A stretch of 52,488 nucleotides of DNA, from NCBI GenBank assembly GCA_014729675.1, contig WJJM01000005.1, forward strand, positions 1-52,488. The letters are read 5' to 3'. The notes beneath the pieces were generated by a model. The model made no database searches. It saw only the letters and a list, made by a program, of their open reading frames with translations, and was not told the DNA's origin. The position numbers and the translations under genes were made by a program. The DNA is from Candidatus Woesearchaeota archaeon (GTDB lineage Archaea; Nanobdellota; Nanobdellia; Woesearchaeales; WJKL01). The first letter of the stretch is position 1. Every line of letters starts with the position of its first letter. Shown here piece after piece: positions 7,891 to 18,176 of the stretch.

Positions 7891-10095
7891 ATGCACAACA
7901 AAGAGCCTTCATTGATACTTACTATGGGCACTTACCCTCCGAGGGAGTGCGGCATAGCTACTTTTACAAAAGACCTTGCTGATTCTATAAACAGAAAGCT
8001 AAATTCTCGCCTTAAAAACAAGATAATAGCAATGAACAGGAACGGCGTTAATATCTACAACTATCCAAAAGAGGTTCTTTTTCAGATCAACGATGTAGAT
8101 ATAAAAGATTATAAAAAAAAGGCAGAGATGATAAACCAGATGCCGAATGTCAAGATAATCCATATCCAGCATGAGTTTGGCATCTTTGGAGGAGAATACG
8201 GAAGATACCTCTTGCATTTTCTGAACAAGATAAAAAAGCCGGTAATAATGACCTTCCATTCTGTCCTTCCCGATCCGGATGAAAAAAGAAAAAAGATAGT
8301 GAAAAAACTTGCAGAAAAGGTAAGCTGCATAATAGTGATGACTGAAAAGGCTGTTGAGATATTGAGAAAAGAATACCAGCTGAAGACAGACATACAGATT
8401 ATCCCTCATGGTATCCCACATACTCTTTTCCAGAAAAATAAAAAAGAGAAGGAGAAGATAGGGTATAAGGATAAGATTGTGCTTTCATCATTCGGACTTC
8501 TGAGCAGGGGAAAAGGATATGAATATGTGATAGAAGCTCTTCCCAGGGTGGTAAAGAGATTCAAGAATCTAAGATACCTCATAGTGGGCCAGACTCATCC
8601 TGTTGTAAGGAATGAAGAAGGGGAAAGATATAGGCATATGCTTGAGAAAAAAGTAAAGGAGCTTAAGCTTGAGGCCCATGTAAAGTTCTACAACAAATAC
8701 ATGACATTGAAAGAGATAATCCAGTATCTTAAGGCTTCAGACATCTATATCTCTGCTTCTCTTGATCCAGACCAGATAACTTCAGGAACTTTGGTCTATG
8801 CGATGGGTGTCGGCCGCGCAGTCGTCTCAACCCCATTCCTTCATGCAAAAGATATTGTAGATGCAGAAAGAGGATGCCTCACAAGATTCAGGGATCCAGA
8901 TTCTTTTGCAGAATCTATAATAAGCATATTAGATGACCCTGAAAAAAAGAGCATGATGGAGAGAAACGCATACAACTATACAAGATCTATGATCTGGCCT
9001 AATGTCGCTATAGCTTATCTAAAGGTGTTCAACAGATATGAAAGGATAAAAGATGCATATGAGAAGCAGTTCCCAGAGATACGGCTGGACCATCTTGAAC
9101 GTTTAACAGATGATTTTGGAGTTATCCAGTTTGCTGACAGGACAATGCCAGACCCAAAGTCAGGATACATGTTGGATGACAATTCAAGGGCATTGGTCGT
9201 AGCCTGTATGGATTACAGCATCTTTGGAGACCCGTACAGCCTTGCCCTTGTAAGAAAATATCTTAATTTCATATCCCATACTCAAACAAAAGATGGAAAG
9301 CTCTACAATTTTGTCAGACAGAACAGGGAGATAGATTTTAAGGACTGCAGCGAGGACGCATACGGCCGTACTTTGTGGGCATTAGGCTACCTTATGTCCT
9401 TGGATGAGATTCCTCTTGCTTTGAAGGAAAAGGCAGACACAATATTCAAGAGCTCCCAGAAACATATAAAAAACATACACTCTGCAAGAGGCAAGGCATT
9501 TTCGATAATAGGCCTTCATCATTATATCCAGACAAAATCCTCAAAAAGAGCAGCAAGACAGTTAAATACGCTTGCAGAATCCTTGGCAGCAATGTACAAC
9601 CAAAACTCTACAAACAAGTGGAAGTGGTTTGAAAGACATATGACATATTCCAATGCAAGAATCCCAGAATCTATGTTTTTTGCATACCTTTCCACAAAAA
9701 AGAAGAGATACCTTGATATAGCAGAATCATCCATGGATTTCTTGAGAAAAAAGACCATAGAAAAAAACTCCTTCTTCCCCATAGGACAGAACGGCTGGTA
9801 TTTTGACAGTAAAGAGCGTGCTTATTATGATCAGCAGCCTGTAGAAGCAGCTTCCATGACCCAGGCTTTGATAGCAGCATATACTGCAACAAAGAAAGCA
9901 AAATACAAGAAAGATGCATTAACAACATTCAGATGGTTTCTTGGAAAGAACTCTTTGAACCAGATGGTCTATGACGAATACACCGGAGGCTGCCAGGACG
10001 GACTTGGAGAATCTTCCCTAAACTTCAACCAGGGAGCAGAGTCAACTATTTCTTATCTGCTGGCAAGATTGAATCTTACTGATTTTGAAGACTAA
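7891..10095 (+). CDS. GT4 glycosyltransferase fused to a six-hairpin glycosidase-like domain
   Basis: GTYPPRECGIATFT, QHEFGIFGG, QITSGTL, VVSTPF in the N-terminal half; DDNSRAL, SEDAYGR, DQQPVEA, NQGAEST in the C-terminal half. Confidence 0.88.
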   Translation: MHNKEPSLILTMGTYPPRECGIATFTKDLADSINRKLNSRLKNKIIAMNRNGVNIYNYPKEVLFQINDVDIKDYKKKAEMINQMPNVKIIHIQHEFGIFGGEYGRYLLHFLNKIKKPVIMTFHSVLPDPDEKRKKIVKKLAEKVSCIIVMTEKAVEILRKEYQLKTDIQIIPHGIPHTLFQKNKKEKEKIGYKDKIVLSSFGLLSRGKGYEYVIEALPRVVKRFKNLRYLIVGQTHPVVRNEEGERYRHMLEKKVKELKLEAHVKFYNKYMTLKEIIQYLKASDIYISASLDPDQITSGTLVYAMGVGRAVVSTPFLHAKDIVDAERGCLTRFRDPDSFAESIISILDDPEKKSMMERNAYNYTRSMIWPNVAIAYLKVFNRYERIKDAYEKQFPEIRLDHLERLTDDFGVIQFADRTMPDPKSGYMLDDNSRALVVACMDYSIFGDPYSLALVRKYLNFISHTQTKDGKLYNFVRQNREIDFKDCSEDAYGRTLWALGYLMSLDEIPLALKEKADTIFKSSQKHIKNIHSARGKAFSIIGLHHYIQTKSSKRAARQLNTLAESLAAMYNQNSTNKWKWFERHMTYSNARIPESMFFAYLSTKKKRYLDIAESSMDFLRKKTIEKNSFFPIGQNGWYFDSKERAYYDQQPVEAASMTQALIAAYTATKKAKYKKDALTTFRWFLGKNSLNQMVYDEYTGGCQDGLGESSLNFNQGAESTISYLLARLNLTDFED

Positions 10096-10140
10096 AGATT
10101 TATAAACACATTCGCCTATAATAATCTAAAAAAGAGAAAA

Positions 10141-11232
10141 ATGATACACAAATGCTATGAAAAGTCTAAGGAAGTCATAAGGATATGTTCTACTAAACAC
10201 GGACTTTTCGCTTCTGGAGGGAAAGAAGGCTATGATGCAGTCTGGGCCAGAGACAGCGTAATAAGCATGCTTGGAGCTTCCCTGGAAAAAGAGTTCAAAC
10301 AGGTTTTCAAAGCTTCATTAGATACAGTAGCAAAACATCAATCTAGTTCAGGCCAGATCCCAAATGCAGTAGATAAGTTCTCAAAAAGAAAACCCCATGT
10401 CGATTATGCTTCTATAGATTCAACATTATTATACATAATTGGAATACATTTATACTCAAAAAGATACAAAGACAAAAAATTATTGAAAAAACATAAAAAA
10501 AACATACAGCTTGCACTTCAATGGCTAAGGTGCCAGGACTTTGGAGAGAAAGGATTATTGGTTCAGCAGCCAACATCAGACTGGCAGGACGCTTTCCCTC
10601 ATAAATACGGCTACACAATCAACACTCAGGCATTATACTACAAGGTTTTAAACTTAACAAACAACAAGAAAGATGCAAAAAATCTGAAAAATACAACCTA
10701 TTGCTCAAAAGACGACTGCCTTTGGAACAAAGATTTCTATTTGCCATTCAGATGGAAAAACCATGGAAAATACAAAGAACAGGGAGATTGGTTTGACACA
10801 TTAGGAAATCTTTTCGCAATAATCTTCGATTTGGCAGAAAAAAAGCAGGCAAAAAAGATCTTAAGCTATATAGAAAAGAACAACATTCACAAGCCTTATC
10901 CTATAAAAGCTATCTATCCTCCGATAAAAAAAGACTCAAAACACTGGCAGGATTACTATAATGACTGTGATGCAAAAAATCCATACCATTATCTCAATGC
11001 AGGCATCTGGCCGTTTATAGGAGGCTTCTATATCTTAGCTTTGATAAAACAAAAACAGTTCAGGAAAGCGCACCAGCAGCTTGAAAGGCTTGCAGAATCC
11101 AACCTGAAGAACAACTTCCCGGAATGGATCAATCCCCTGACAAGAGAAGCCTTTGGAAAACTCCAGGCATGGGATGCAGGAGTATACATGCTTGCATACA
11201 GGTCATTAAAGAAGAAAAAAGTTTTGTTATAA
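10141..11232 (+). CDS. Glycoside hydrolase, alkaline invertase (GH100)/amylo-alpha-1,6-glucosidase-like
   Basis: YDAVWARDS, GQIP, IDSTL, DWQD, YLNAGIWPF, FPEW, QAWDA. Confidence 0.8.
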   Translation: MIHKCYEKSKEVIRICSTKHGLFASGGKEGYDAVWARDSVISMLGASLEKEFKQVFKASLDTVAKHQSSSGQIPNAVDKFSKRKPHVDYASIDSTLLYIIGIHLYSKRYKDKKLLKKHKKNIQLALQWLRCQDFGEKGLLVQQPTSDWQDAFPHKYGYTINTQALYYKVLNLTNNKKDAKNLKNTTYCSKDDCLWNKDFYLPFRWKNHGKYKEQGDWFDTLGNLFAIIFDLAEKKQAKKILSYIEKNNIHKPYPIKAIYPPIKKDSKHWQDYYNDCDAKNPYHYLNAGIWPFIGGFYILALIKQKQFRKAHQQLERLAESNLKNNFPEWINPLTREAFGKLQAWDAGVYMLAYRSLKKKKVLL

Positions 11233-11958
11233 CTCAGAAGCAGCCCCCTTATCAACAATCCAAACACAATTCTTATGCTTCCTCAACACACTTGCAGGAA
11301 TCTCTTCAGAAATATCAGAATAGACTATCTTCTTCAATATCTCAGCCTTTCTCTTGCCAGAAACAATAAACACTATCTTCCTGCTTTTCATCCCTGTTGA
11401 AATCCCTGTTGTAACAGCATATTCAGGAACATCCATCCCAGTTAATTTCTTATTCACTCTAAGAGTATCTTCATCCATCTTTACTTTCCTTGTAACAGAA
11501 TCAAAACTACTTCCAGGAAAATTAAATCCAAATATATGCCCATCCTCTCCGCAGGCAACCAGACAAATATCTATCCCTCCTTTTTCAGCAATAAGCCTAT
11601 CATAGGCCCCTTCCTCAGAGATATTCTTCTCAGATGGAAAATAGCTTTCAAGACAGTCTATATTATCAAAAATATGTTTCTTCATATAATACTTGTAGCT
11701 TCTGGGATCGTCCTCTGGCAGAAGCCCGCCCTCTGTGCAGTATTCATCAAAATTAAAGAACCTGACATTTTCAAACACATCTTTTCCACTAAGTATTTTA
11801 TATATCCCTTTTGGTGTCGTTCCAGTAGGAACAAGAAGGTTGGTCTCTTTAGAACCTTCAATACTTTTCAATATTATCTCAGAAGCTATCCTGCACATCT
11901 CAGGATAATCATCAGCAACAGTAATTTCAATATCATTAAAGAACTTTTTCTCTGCCAT
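11227..11958 (-). CDS. nagB: Glucosamine-6-phosphate deaminase/isomerase family
   Basis: PTGTTP, FNFDEY, GEDGHI..NFPGS, T.GI..M, GKRKA, PASVL. Confidence 0.85.
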   Translation of the reverse strand: MAEKKFFNDIEITVADDYPEMCRIASEIILKSIEGSKETNLLVPTGTTPKGIYKILSGKDVFENVRFFNFDEYCTEGGLLPEDDPRSYKYYMKKHIFDNIDCLESYFPSEKNISEEGAYDRLIAEKGGIDICLVACGEDGHIFGFNFPGSSFDSVTRKVKMDEDTLRVNKKLTGMDVPEYAVTTGISTGMKSRKIVFIVSGKRKAEILKKIVYSDISEEIPASVLRKHKNCVWIVDKGAASEL

Positions 11959-13098
11959 TTAATCAAGCTTAAGCCTTTGTTTGGTTATATCCCTTATCTT
12001 CCTTCCTATATGCCTATAGTCAAGATTATCAACAGAATGTTTTCTTCCAGCCTGACCCATCCTTTCCCTAAGCTCTTTATCCTGCATCAGCTTCAATGCA
12101 TATTCTTTAAGCTCGTCGACATCAGCCCTATATGCAAATGTTTTTGGGGAATCAAACTTAACAACCTTTTTTTCGTCAAAGCCCATATGTGGATATACCC
12201 ATTCAGATTCAAGTTTAACTTCCCTTGCTACTTTTGCAAGGAATCCTGTCTTGTTATGAATGATAGTCTCACCAGGCCCCATCTTGTTGATAGAGATAAC
12301 AGGCTTTCCGCAGGCCATCGCCTCAACCTGTATCATACCATACCCTTCAAGCCTCGAAGGAGCAGCATATATATCACAGGCATTCACTAAGTCAGCCATA
12401 AACTCCTGGCTGAACTCGTCATCCATAAAAACAACCTTGTCCCTTATCCCAAGATCTTCAGCAAGTTTCTCCTCTTTCTCCCTCCATTCTGAAGCGCAGT
12501 CGCTTGGCCAGGACTTGCATACATATTTCCAGTTCTTGAATTCCTTGTTCGCTAAAGCCAAGGCCCTCATCATCTCCTGAGCACCTTTTGAGGTAACATC
12601 TCCCCCTACTGTCAGTATCATCTGCTCATCATCATTTACATTACACATTTTTCTTATTGCAGAATTGGCATTTGTATTGTTAGTGGGCATGAAAAGGTCA
12701 GTATCTATTCCAATATGCATCGGGACGATCTTGTTGACATTTACACCGTCTCTCTTGTAGGTTTGCTTTACCCATTCGCTTGTCGTGAACATCAGCTCAA
12801 GCTTGTCAAACTCTTCCTGATAATTGGCAACCCATCCGTCTGCATTGAACCACGGCACAGCAGGAACACCATACTTCTGCGGATGCCTTACGACCTCCTC
12901 GACATTTCCCCAGAATCCTACTCCAAAACTCACATCAATATTCATGTGCCTAAGATAGAATTTCTTCTGTATGCTTTCCCTATAATGACAGGGAAATGCT
13001 TTTTCTCCTGCCAGTTTAAGTCCTTTGAAAAGATGATCTCCCTGCAGGCTTGTCCCGTCCGGTTCTGTCGGATATGCATAAAAAACAGCGCATCTCAT
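11959..13098 (-). CDS. GT4 glycosyltransferase
   Basis: GIDT, KG, PSRLEGYGMIQVEAMACGKPVI. Confidence 0.9.
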   Translation of the reverse strand: MRCAVFYAYPTEPDGTSLQGDHLFKGLKLAGEKAFPCHYRESIQKKFYLRHMNIDVSFGVGFWGNVEEVVRHPQKYGVPAVPWFNADGWVANYQEEFDKLELMFTTSEWVKQTYKRDGVNVNKIVPMHIGIDTDLFMPTNNTNANSAIRKMCNVNDDEQMILTVGGDVTSKGAQEMMRALALANKEFKNWKYVCKSWPSDCASEWREKEEKLAEDLGIRDKVVFMDDEFSQEFMADLVNACDIYAAPSRLEGYGMIQVEAMACGKPVISINKMGPGETIIHNKTGFLAKVAREVKLESEWVYPHMGFDEKKVVKFDSPKTFAYRADVDELKEYALKLMQDKELRERMGQAGRKHSVDNLDYRHIGRKIRDITKQRLKLD

Positions 13099-13107
13099 AT
13101 TATCACA

Positions 13108-13665
13108 TTATAACTTAAAAGACTCGACAGCTCTGCAACAGATACTCTCAAAACTTTTTTTGTCAAATCCATAAACTCCCTCTATCAGTTTTTTCTTTTT
13201 ATCAAGAACATTACCGTCTAACTTTATAAATCTATCTGAATTCCTGCTGGGATAGCAATACTTTCCGTTTTTCACATAGGAAAAAAATATTAGCTTGCTG
13301 CAGTTTAACTCATCATGTTCAACCATCTCAACAACAGCATCATGGACATCAACATGCCTTTTATGGCCGTACTCTCCGTTCTTCCCATGCGTAAAAACAC
13401 AATCATAACTGCCGGCAAACTTTCTCAGTCTTTTTTTTATCTCATCAGAAGGAATATCCATCATCTTTTCGTCGTCAAGATCAGATATAAAAGACTTAGC
13501 TCCCAAAATCCTGCACACTTTCTTAAACTTAGGAGCCCTGTCCAGATCACCCTTCCTGCAAAGGCTGACTATTGTCCAGTCCCATCTCTTGTTCTTCAAT
13601 ATTGTACCCCCCATCCATATCGTCTCGTCATCAGGATGCGCAACCACTGCCAAAGCTTTCTTCAT
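13108..13665 (-). CDS. PIG-L/LmbE family deacetylase
   Basis: AHPDDE, THG..GEYGH..H. Confidence 0.9.
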   Translation of the reverse strand: MKKALAVVAHPDDETIWMGGTILKNKRWDWTIVSLCRKGDLDRAPKFKKVCRILGAKSFISDLDDEKMMDIPSDEIKKRLRKFAGSYDCVFTHGKNGEYGHKRHVDVHDAVVEMVEHDELNCSKLIFFSYVKNGKYCYPSRNSDRFIKLDGNVLDKKKKLIEGVYGFDKKSFESICCRAVESFKL

Positions 13666-13710
13666 GACCTCATAGAAAAGTTTTTAACTAATAAATCTTT
13701 CCATAATAAG

Positions 13711-14493
13711 ATGATATTAGGCATAGACATAGGCGGAACAACACTCAAGGCAGGTCTTGTAAAAGACAAGAGAATAATCAGGAAAAAAACAATAAAGACA
13801 GGCAGTACAAAAAAAGATATTATAGACAACCTTCTAGACCTTACAGATTCCCTGTTCGAAAAAAATATATCTCATATAGGCATAGGCTGCCCAGGTCCTG
13901 CAGATTATAAGAAAGGCATAATAGGAGACACTCCTAATCTTCCGTTAAAAGGCACTAATCTGAAAAAACTGATAAGACAAAGATTCAGAAAGAAAGTTCT
14001 CATCTCAAATGACGCAGCTTGCTTTGCTTTAGGAGAATCCATAAGACTGAAAAAATCAAACCTGGTTGCCCTAACATTGGGAACAGGGATAGGAGGAGGC
14101 ATAATAATAGACAAGAAGATATATTCAGGAAAAGGGAATGCAGGAGAAATGGGCCATACAACAATAAACTTCAAGGGCCCAAATAGCATCAACCATGGAG
14201 ACCTTGAGTCTTATATCTCAGCAAAAGCCATTGAAAGAGATTACAACCTGCCCCCTGAGAAACTCAAGTCAAAAAAAGCCTGGAACGAGATAGGAGAAAA
14301 GCTTGGCATAGGCATAGCTAATATAATAAACTCTCTTGATCCGGAAATCATAGTTCTTGGAGGAGGCATCTCAAATTCCTTCAGCTTGTTCAGGAAAGGC
14401 ATGCAAAAACAGATAACAGAAAGAGCGATAAGCAAAACAAGGACAATCAAAGGAAAACAGGAAAGCGGAATCCTTGGAGCAGCACTGCAATAG
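13711..14493 (+). CDS. ROK family sugar kinase
   Basis: GIDIGGT, NDA, LTLGTGIGGG, AGEMGH, LGGGI; true start MILGID at 13711. Confidence 0.92.
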   Translation: MILGIDIGGTTLKAGLVKDKRIIRKKTIKTGSTKKDIIDNLLDLTDSLFEKNISHIGIGCPGPADYKKGIIGDTPNLPLKGTNLKKLIRQRFRKKVLISNDAACFALGESIRLKKSNLVALTLGTGIGGGIIIDKKIYSGKGNAGEMGHTTINFKGPNSINHGDLESYISAKAIERDYNLPPEKLKSKKAWNEIGEKLGIGIANIINSLDPEIIVLGGGISNSFSLFRKGMQKQITERAISKTRTIKGKQESGILGAALQ

Positions 14494-15468
14494 TCATATC
14501 CTTATCTTTTCTATCTTTGCATCATCCATATTCTTTACTATAATGTCCTTATCAAAAGCTTTCTTTCCATAGATTATCTTAACCTTCCTCTGATCAGCAT
14601 CACAATATCTTGCAGTAAGAGAAGCAGCTATCTCTATAATCTTGTCATCAACTCTGCCTTTAACTATAGTTACAGGCCCTACAAAATCCTTAGCTTCCAG
14701 GATAAGATCATGTTTGGTCCTTTCCAGTTTCTCGTTGTCTTTCTCATCCTTTCCCACTATTATCTTTGTATCTCCGACCCTAAAATGCCTCCCGGTCTTC
14801 AGAAGAACGACATCTTCTTTTTTAATATCTTTATTATTCCTGAAAAGGTCCTTCAGCTTTTCTGAATATTCTTTGTTTGTAAGTATACATCCTCCTGCAG
14901 GAGTCTCATAATCTTTGACTCCTAATTTTCTGGCCAGTTCAATCTGCCTTTTCCTTCCTCTGCCTTTTATATCAAGAAGCTTCTCCCTGTCAACAAGGCC
15001 TTTTTTCTCAGCTTCTGTTTCCTCCAGCAGTTTTGCGCTTAATGGCCTTAACAGCTTTCCTTTCAGGCCAGCCTCTTCTTCTACAACACCTAATGCCTTC
15101 TTCCTCTGGCTCATAGGCCTCTCATCAAGAACTTCTCCTGTAAATATAAAACCTGCTCCTTCTGAATCCATCAGTTCTTTTGCTTTCCTAAGCATGAACG
15201 CATGACAGTCTATACATGGATTCATGTTCTTTCCATGCCCGTGCTTTGGCTTCTTTACCATATCAAAATAATCGTCCCTAAGCTCCATAAACCTAAGTTC
15301 AAACCCTTCTTTTTCAGCAACATCTCTAAGCCACCCTTTCTTCTCCTCGCTGTTCACAAAAAAAGGGCTTGTAAAAGCTACTCCGATAACTTCAATACCC
15401 TGCTCCTGCATAAGCTTCACAGCAAGTATCGAGTCCAACCCTCCTGAAAAAAGTCCTACTGCCCTCAT
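14494..15468 (-). CDS. PP-loop tRNA thiouridylase-like protein (ThiI/MnmA-related, DUF814 C-terminus)
   Basis: SGGLDS, NPCIDC, TGEV..RPMSQ, PAGGC.LT, GRHFR. Confidence 0.85.
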   Translation of the reverse strand: MRAVGLFSGGLDSILAVKLMQEQGIEVIGVAFTSPFFVNSEEKKGWLRDVAEKEGFELRFMELRDDYFDMVKKPKHGHGKNMNPCIDCHAFMLRKAKELMDSEGAGFIFTGEVLDERPMSQRKKALGVVEEEAGLKGKLLRPLSAKLLEETEAEKKGLVDREKLLDIKGRGRKRQIELARKLGVKDYETPAGGCILTNKEYSEKLKDLFRNNKDIKKEDVVLLKTGRHFRVGDTKIIVGKDEKDNEKLERTKHDLILEAKDFVGPVTIVKGRVDDKIIEIAASLTARYCDADQRKVKIIYGKKAFDKDIIVKNMDDAKIEKIRI

Positions 15469-15674
15469 AATCTGATCAAATAAACATTGCTTTTTAAAGA
15501 TTTGCCATTAAAATAAGCTTCAACACCCTTTGGCAATAACCCTTAATATCTATAAAAAGCATAATCAAAAATTTCAATCATATCCCTAAATCAGGCTTTA
15601 ATCCATACTATTGAAAGTTTCAGATTATATTCAATTTTGATAAAAAGTAAGATTAAACTTTTCAATCATATTGA

Positions 15675-16040
15675 TGGCACTCACAGCTTCGCTGTTCGTG
15701 CACAGCCCCTCTCCGCAGCTAAGTTGAGTTCTAACTTAGACTCTAATCTACCACTCTCTCAGTTAAGCTAACTTAGTTCTCAGCTTAAATCCAATCTTAG
15801 TGAAGCACAGAGCACTAAAACCTGGGTGGGAAAAAGAAAGATAGTTCTGCACCAAAAGGGGAGGAGCTAACTGCCGATAGGCAGTCTTCTTTGGCTATAG
15901 TGGCGAGCAAAGCGAGCGTTATAAATGATTATTGTTAAATTATTATTTTTGAATAATAATTGCAAGGCAGGTTTTCCTGACTTAGAAATTATTATTAAAT
16001 AATTATCGCAGGAAAATTTGTTAACATAGAAATAATTATG
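15675..16040 (+). repeat. Dispersed palindromic intergenic element, copy 2 (longest)
   Basis: GCGAGCAAAGCGAGCGTTATAAAT (15903-15926) is identical to 29759-29782; 5' part ACTCACAGCTTC shared with 29629; several hairpins. Confidence 0.8.
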
Positions 16041-16209
16041 GAATCTTATCTTTTAGGCAATTTAACTTACAGGCAAGATCTCTTGATCTATGAATCAATA
16101 TTGAACTATCTTATAAAAATAATTTTTCAAAATGATGCAAATCCAACATTAAAATAAAAAGATATAAAAACTAAAATCATTTTACACTTAAAAAAAAGGA
16201 GGATTAAAT

Positions 16210-16494
16210 ATGTTATCAAAAATACCTATAAACTTAGAAAAAGTAGAAAAGAAGAATATAGACACAGAGATATTAAGAGCGGCTATTATTGCAGAACTGG
16301 ATGCAGTTAATCTTTATGAGCAGATGGCTTCATTGACAGAAGACAAAAACCTTAAAGCCATCCTTATGGACGTAGCTAAAGAAGAAAAGACTCACGTAGG
16401 AGAGTTCCAGACCCTTCTCTTAAACAGGGACAAGCAGCAGACAGAAGAATTAAAGGCAGGCAAAGAAGAAATTAAGGAAGAGGTAGGTGAATAA
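16210..16494 (+). CDS. Short ferritin-like protein (encapsulated-ferritin/rubrerythrin half-domain type)
   Basis: AELDAVNLYEQ, EEKTHVGEF; GGAGG RBS. Confidence 0.85.
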   Translation: MLSKIPINLEKVEKKNIDTEILRAAIIAELDAVNLYEQMASLTEDKNLKAILMDVAKEEKTHVGEFQTLLLNRDKQQTEELKAGKEEIKEEVGE

Positions 16495-16684
16495 TATGGA
16501 AAAGAACATCGGAAAGACAGACAAGATAATAAGAGCCATAGCAGCGATAATATTCATAGTTCTTGGTCATATCTACACTCCCTGGTTTTATATAATCCCA
16601 GCACTGCTCCTGTTCACAATTCTGACAGGTTCATGCCTGCCTTACAAGATTTTGGGAATCAACACAGCCAAAAAAGAGAAATAA
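16487..16684 (+). CDS. DUF2892 (YgaP-like) membrane protein
   Basis: NIGKTDKIIR, two TM helices, G.CLPYKILGINT; start may be 16496. Confidence 0.85.
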   Translation: MNNMEKNIGKTDKIIRAIAAIIFIVLGHIYTPWFYIIPALLLFTILTGSCLPYKILGINTAKKEK

Positions 16685-16687
16685 TCT

Positions 16688-17722
16688 TTATTTTTTTCCT
16701 TTATCTTCCAGTTCATCTACAAGCTCATCTATATAAAGAGAAGCAGCTGCTATCCTGCTGTCAGCAGAACCATAATATATATACAGCTTTTCTCCGAAAA
16801 CAGCATGCCCTGTAGGAAAAACTACATTTCCTACCTCACCTTTTTGCTCCCATTCCAGCTCAGGACTTATCAAAGGATAGTCAAGCTTGCTTATTAGTTT
16901 ACAAGGATTTTTCTTATCTACCAATGAAGCAGCAGCCCTATAGACCTTCCCCTTCTCTCTTTTTTCAACAGCATGATATATTATAAGCCACCCTTTCTTT
17001 GTCTCGATAGGAGGACATCCTCCACCTACATGTCTTGATTCAAACCACTGGTCAGCCTTGATTCCAATATTCTTGTGCAGATTCTTGAAATGCTCTTTCC
17101 AGTAATCAATCGTAAGTTCACTAAATCTCTTGAATCTTATCAAAGGAGCATCAGGCAGTATCCTATGCATAAGAACATATTTTCCATTGATCTTTTTTGG
17201 AAATAAGATTGTATCCTTTCCCCAGACAGGCGTCGTTTTCTCTGTATCTTTCTCTTCTCTGTCATACAGGTCAAAACACCTATATCTTTTATTTTTCTTT
17301 TTTCCTATAAGCCTGATAGCTTCAGCATAAGGTATAAGCGGGACAATTACCCCTTTCTTATCAAAATTCTTAAGATCCTTGCTAACAGCATATGCCCCTG
17401 TAACATTCTTTCCGTCATAAGCCATATATGTAAGATAATATTTTCCGTTAATATATACAACTCTTGGATCTTCTATCCCATGTTTCTCATATTCATGCTC
17501 AGATTTTATTATAGGCTTTCTCCACCTTTCTTCAACATCCAGAGGCCCTTTAAACCTGCAGTACCCTACGCTTGAATGGTTTCCTTTAGCTACAGCCCTG
17601 TAGAACATATGCACATTATTTCCAACTTTTATACATCCTGGATTCAGGACCCCTTCTTCCTCAAATTTGAATTTTCTCGGCTCTAGAACTATTCCCTCTT
17701 TTTTTATAAGCACCATACTCAT
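16688..17722 (-). CDS. GH130/DUF377 beta-propeller glycosidase or phosphorylase
   Basis: VLNPG, YRAV, GIEDPR, KD..LFP.KING, HRI, GGGCPPI, YH, NVVFP.G, YYG.AD. Confidence 0.88.
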   Translation of the reverse strand: MSMVLIKKEGIVLEPRKFKFEEEGVLNPGCIKVGNNVHMFYRAVAKGNHSSVGYCRFKGPLDVEERWRKPIIKSEHEYEKHGIEDPRVVYINGKYYLTYMAYDGKNVTGAYAVSKDLKNFDKKGVIVPLIPYAEAIRLIGKKKNKRYRCFDLYDREEKDTEKTTPVWGKDTILFPKKINGKYVLMHRILPDAPLIRFKRFSELTIDYWKEHFKNLHKNIGIKADQWFESRHVGGGCPPIETKKGWLIIYHAVEKREKGKVYRAAASLVDKKNPCKLISKLDYPLISPELEWEQKGEVGNVVFPTGHAVFGEKLYIYYGSADSRIAAASLYIDELVDELEDKGKK

Positions 17723-17791
17723 TAGAATTAACTTCTCAAATATAAATCATTCGTTTTTGACATAAAAAAATAAAAAAATAATTTTAGCATA

Positions 17792-18175
17792 TCAGTTTTT
17801 CCACACTCCATGTACGTTGCAGTATATTCTTGCTTTCAGATCTTCAGTATCAGCAAGGCAGCAGAATTCAGCCTCTGGCTTATCTCCCTGCTTCAGCCTC
17901 TTTCCCATAACAACCCCATCAGGCCTTATGAGCTGTATTAGGCTTATAAAATGCATTTCTTCCATCGGGTGAGGAACTTCTCCCACTTTTACTTTTATCC
18001 CTGATTCATTCTTTTCTATAACAGGAACATGTTTTTCCTGTCCTTGGTCCATTGTCTTTTCAGAAAGGATTTCCATGGGCTTTCCACAGCACACAATTTC
18101 TCCATCATGGGCTTCTATCACACTGATGACATTTCCGCATATACTGCATCTATAGAGTCCATCTTTTTCAGCCAT
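17792..18175 (-). CDS. dfx: Desulfoferrodoxin (superoxide reductase)
   Basis: YRCSICGN..CCGKPM, EKHVP, HPM..HFI, CNVHG; start MAEKD. Confidence 0.93.
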   Translation of the reverse strand: MAEKDGLYRCSICGNVISVIEAHDGEIVCCGKPMEILSEKTMDQGQEKHVPVIEKNESGIKVKVGEVPHPMEEMHFISLIQLIRPDGVVMGKRLKQGDKPEAEFCCLADTEDLKARIYCNVHGVWKN

Positions 18176-18176
18176 C

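Noticed and set aside
11536-12390. 284-aa plus-strand ORF and similar antisense ORFs across the window
   Set aside because: They are shadows of well-supported genes on the opposite strand, with no motifs of their own.
13315-13710. N-terminal extension of the ROK kinase
   Set aside because: It is antisense to the PIG-L gene; the ROK motif begins at 13711.
15469-16209. RNase P RNA, SRP RNA or tRNA
   Set aside because: I could not find the GAGGAAAGTCC, SRP helix 8 or TTCGAATC/cloverleaf signatures.
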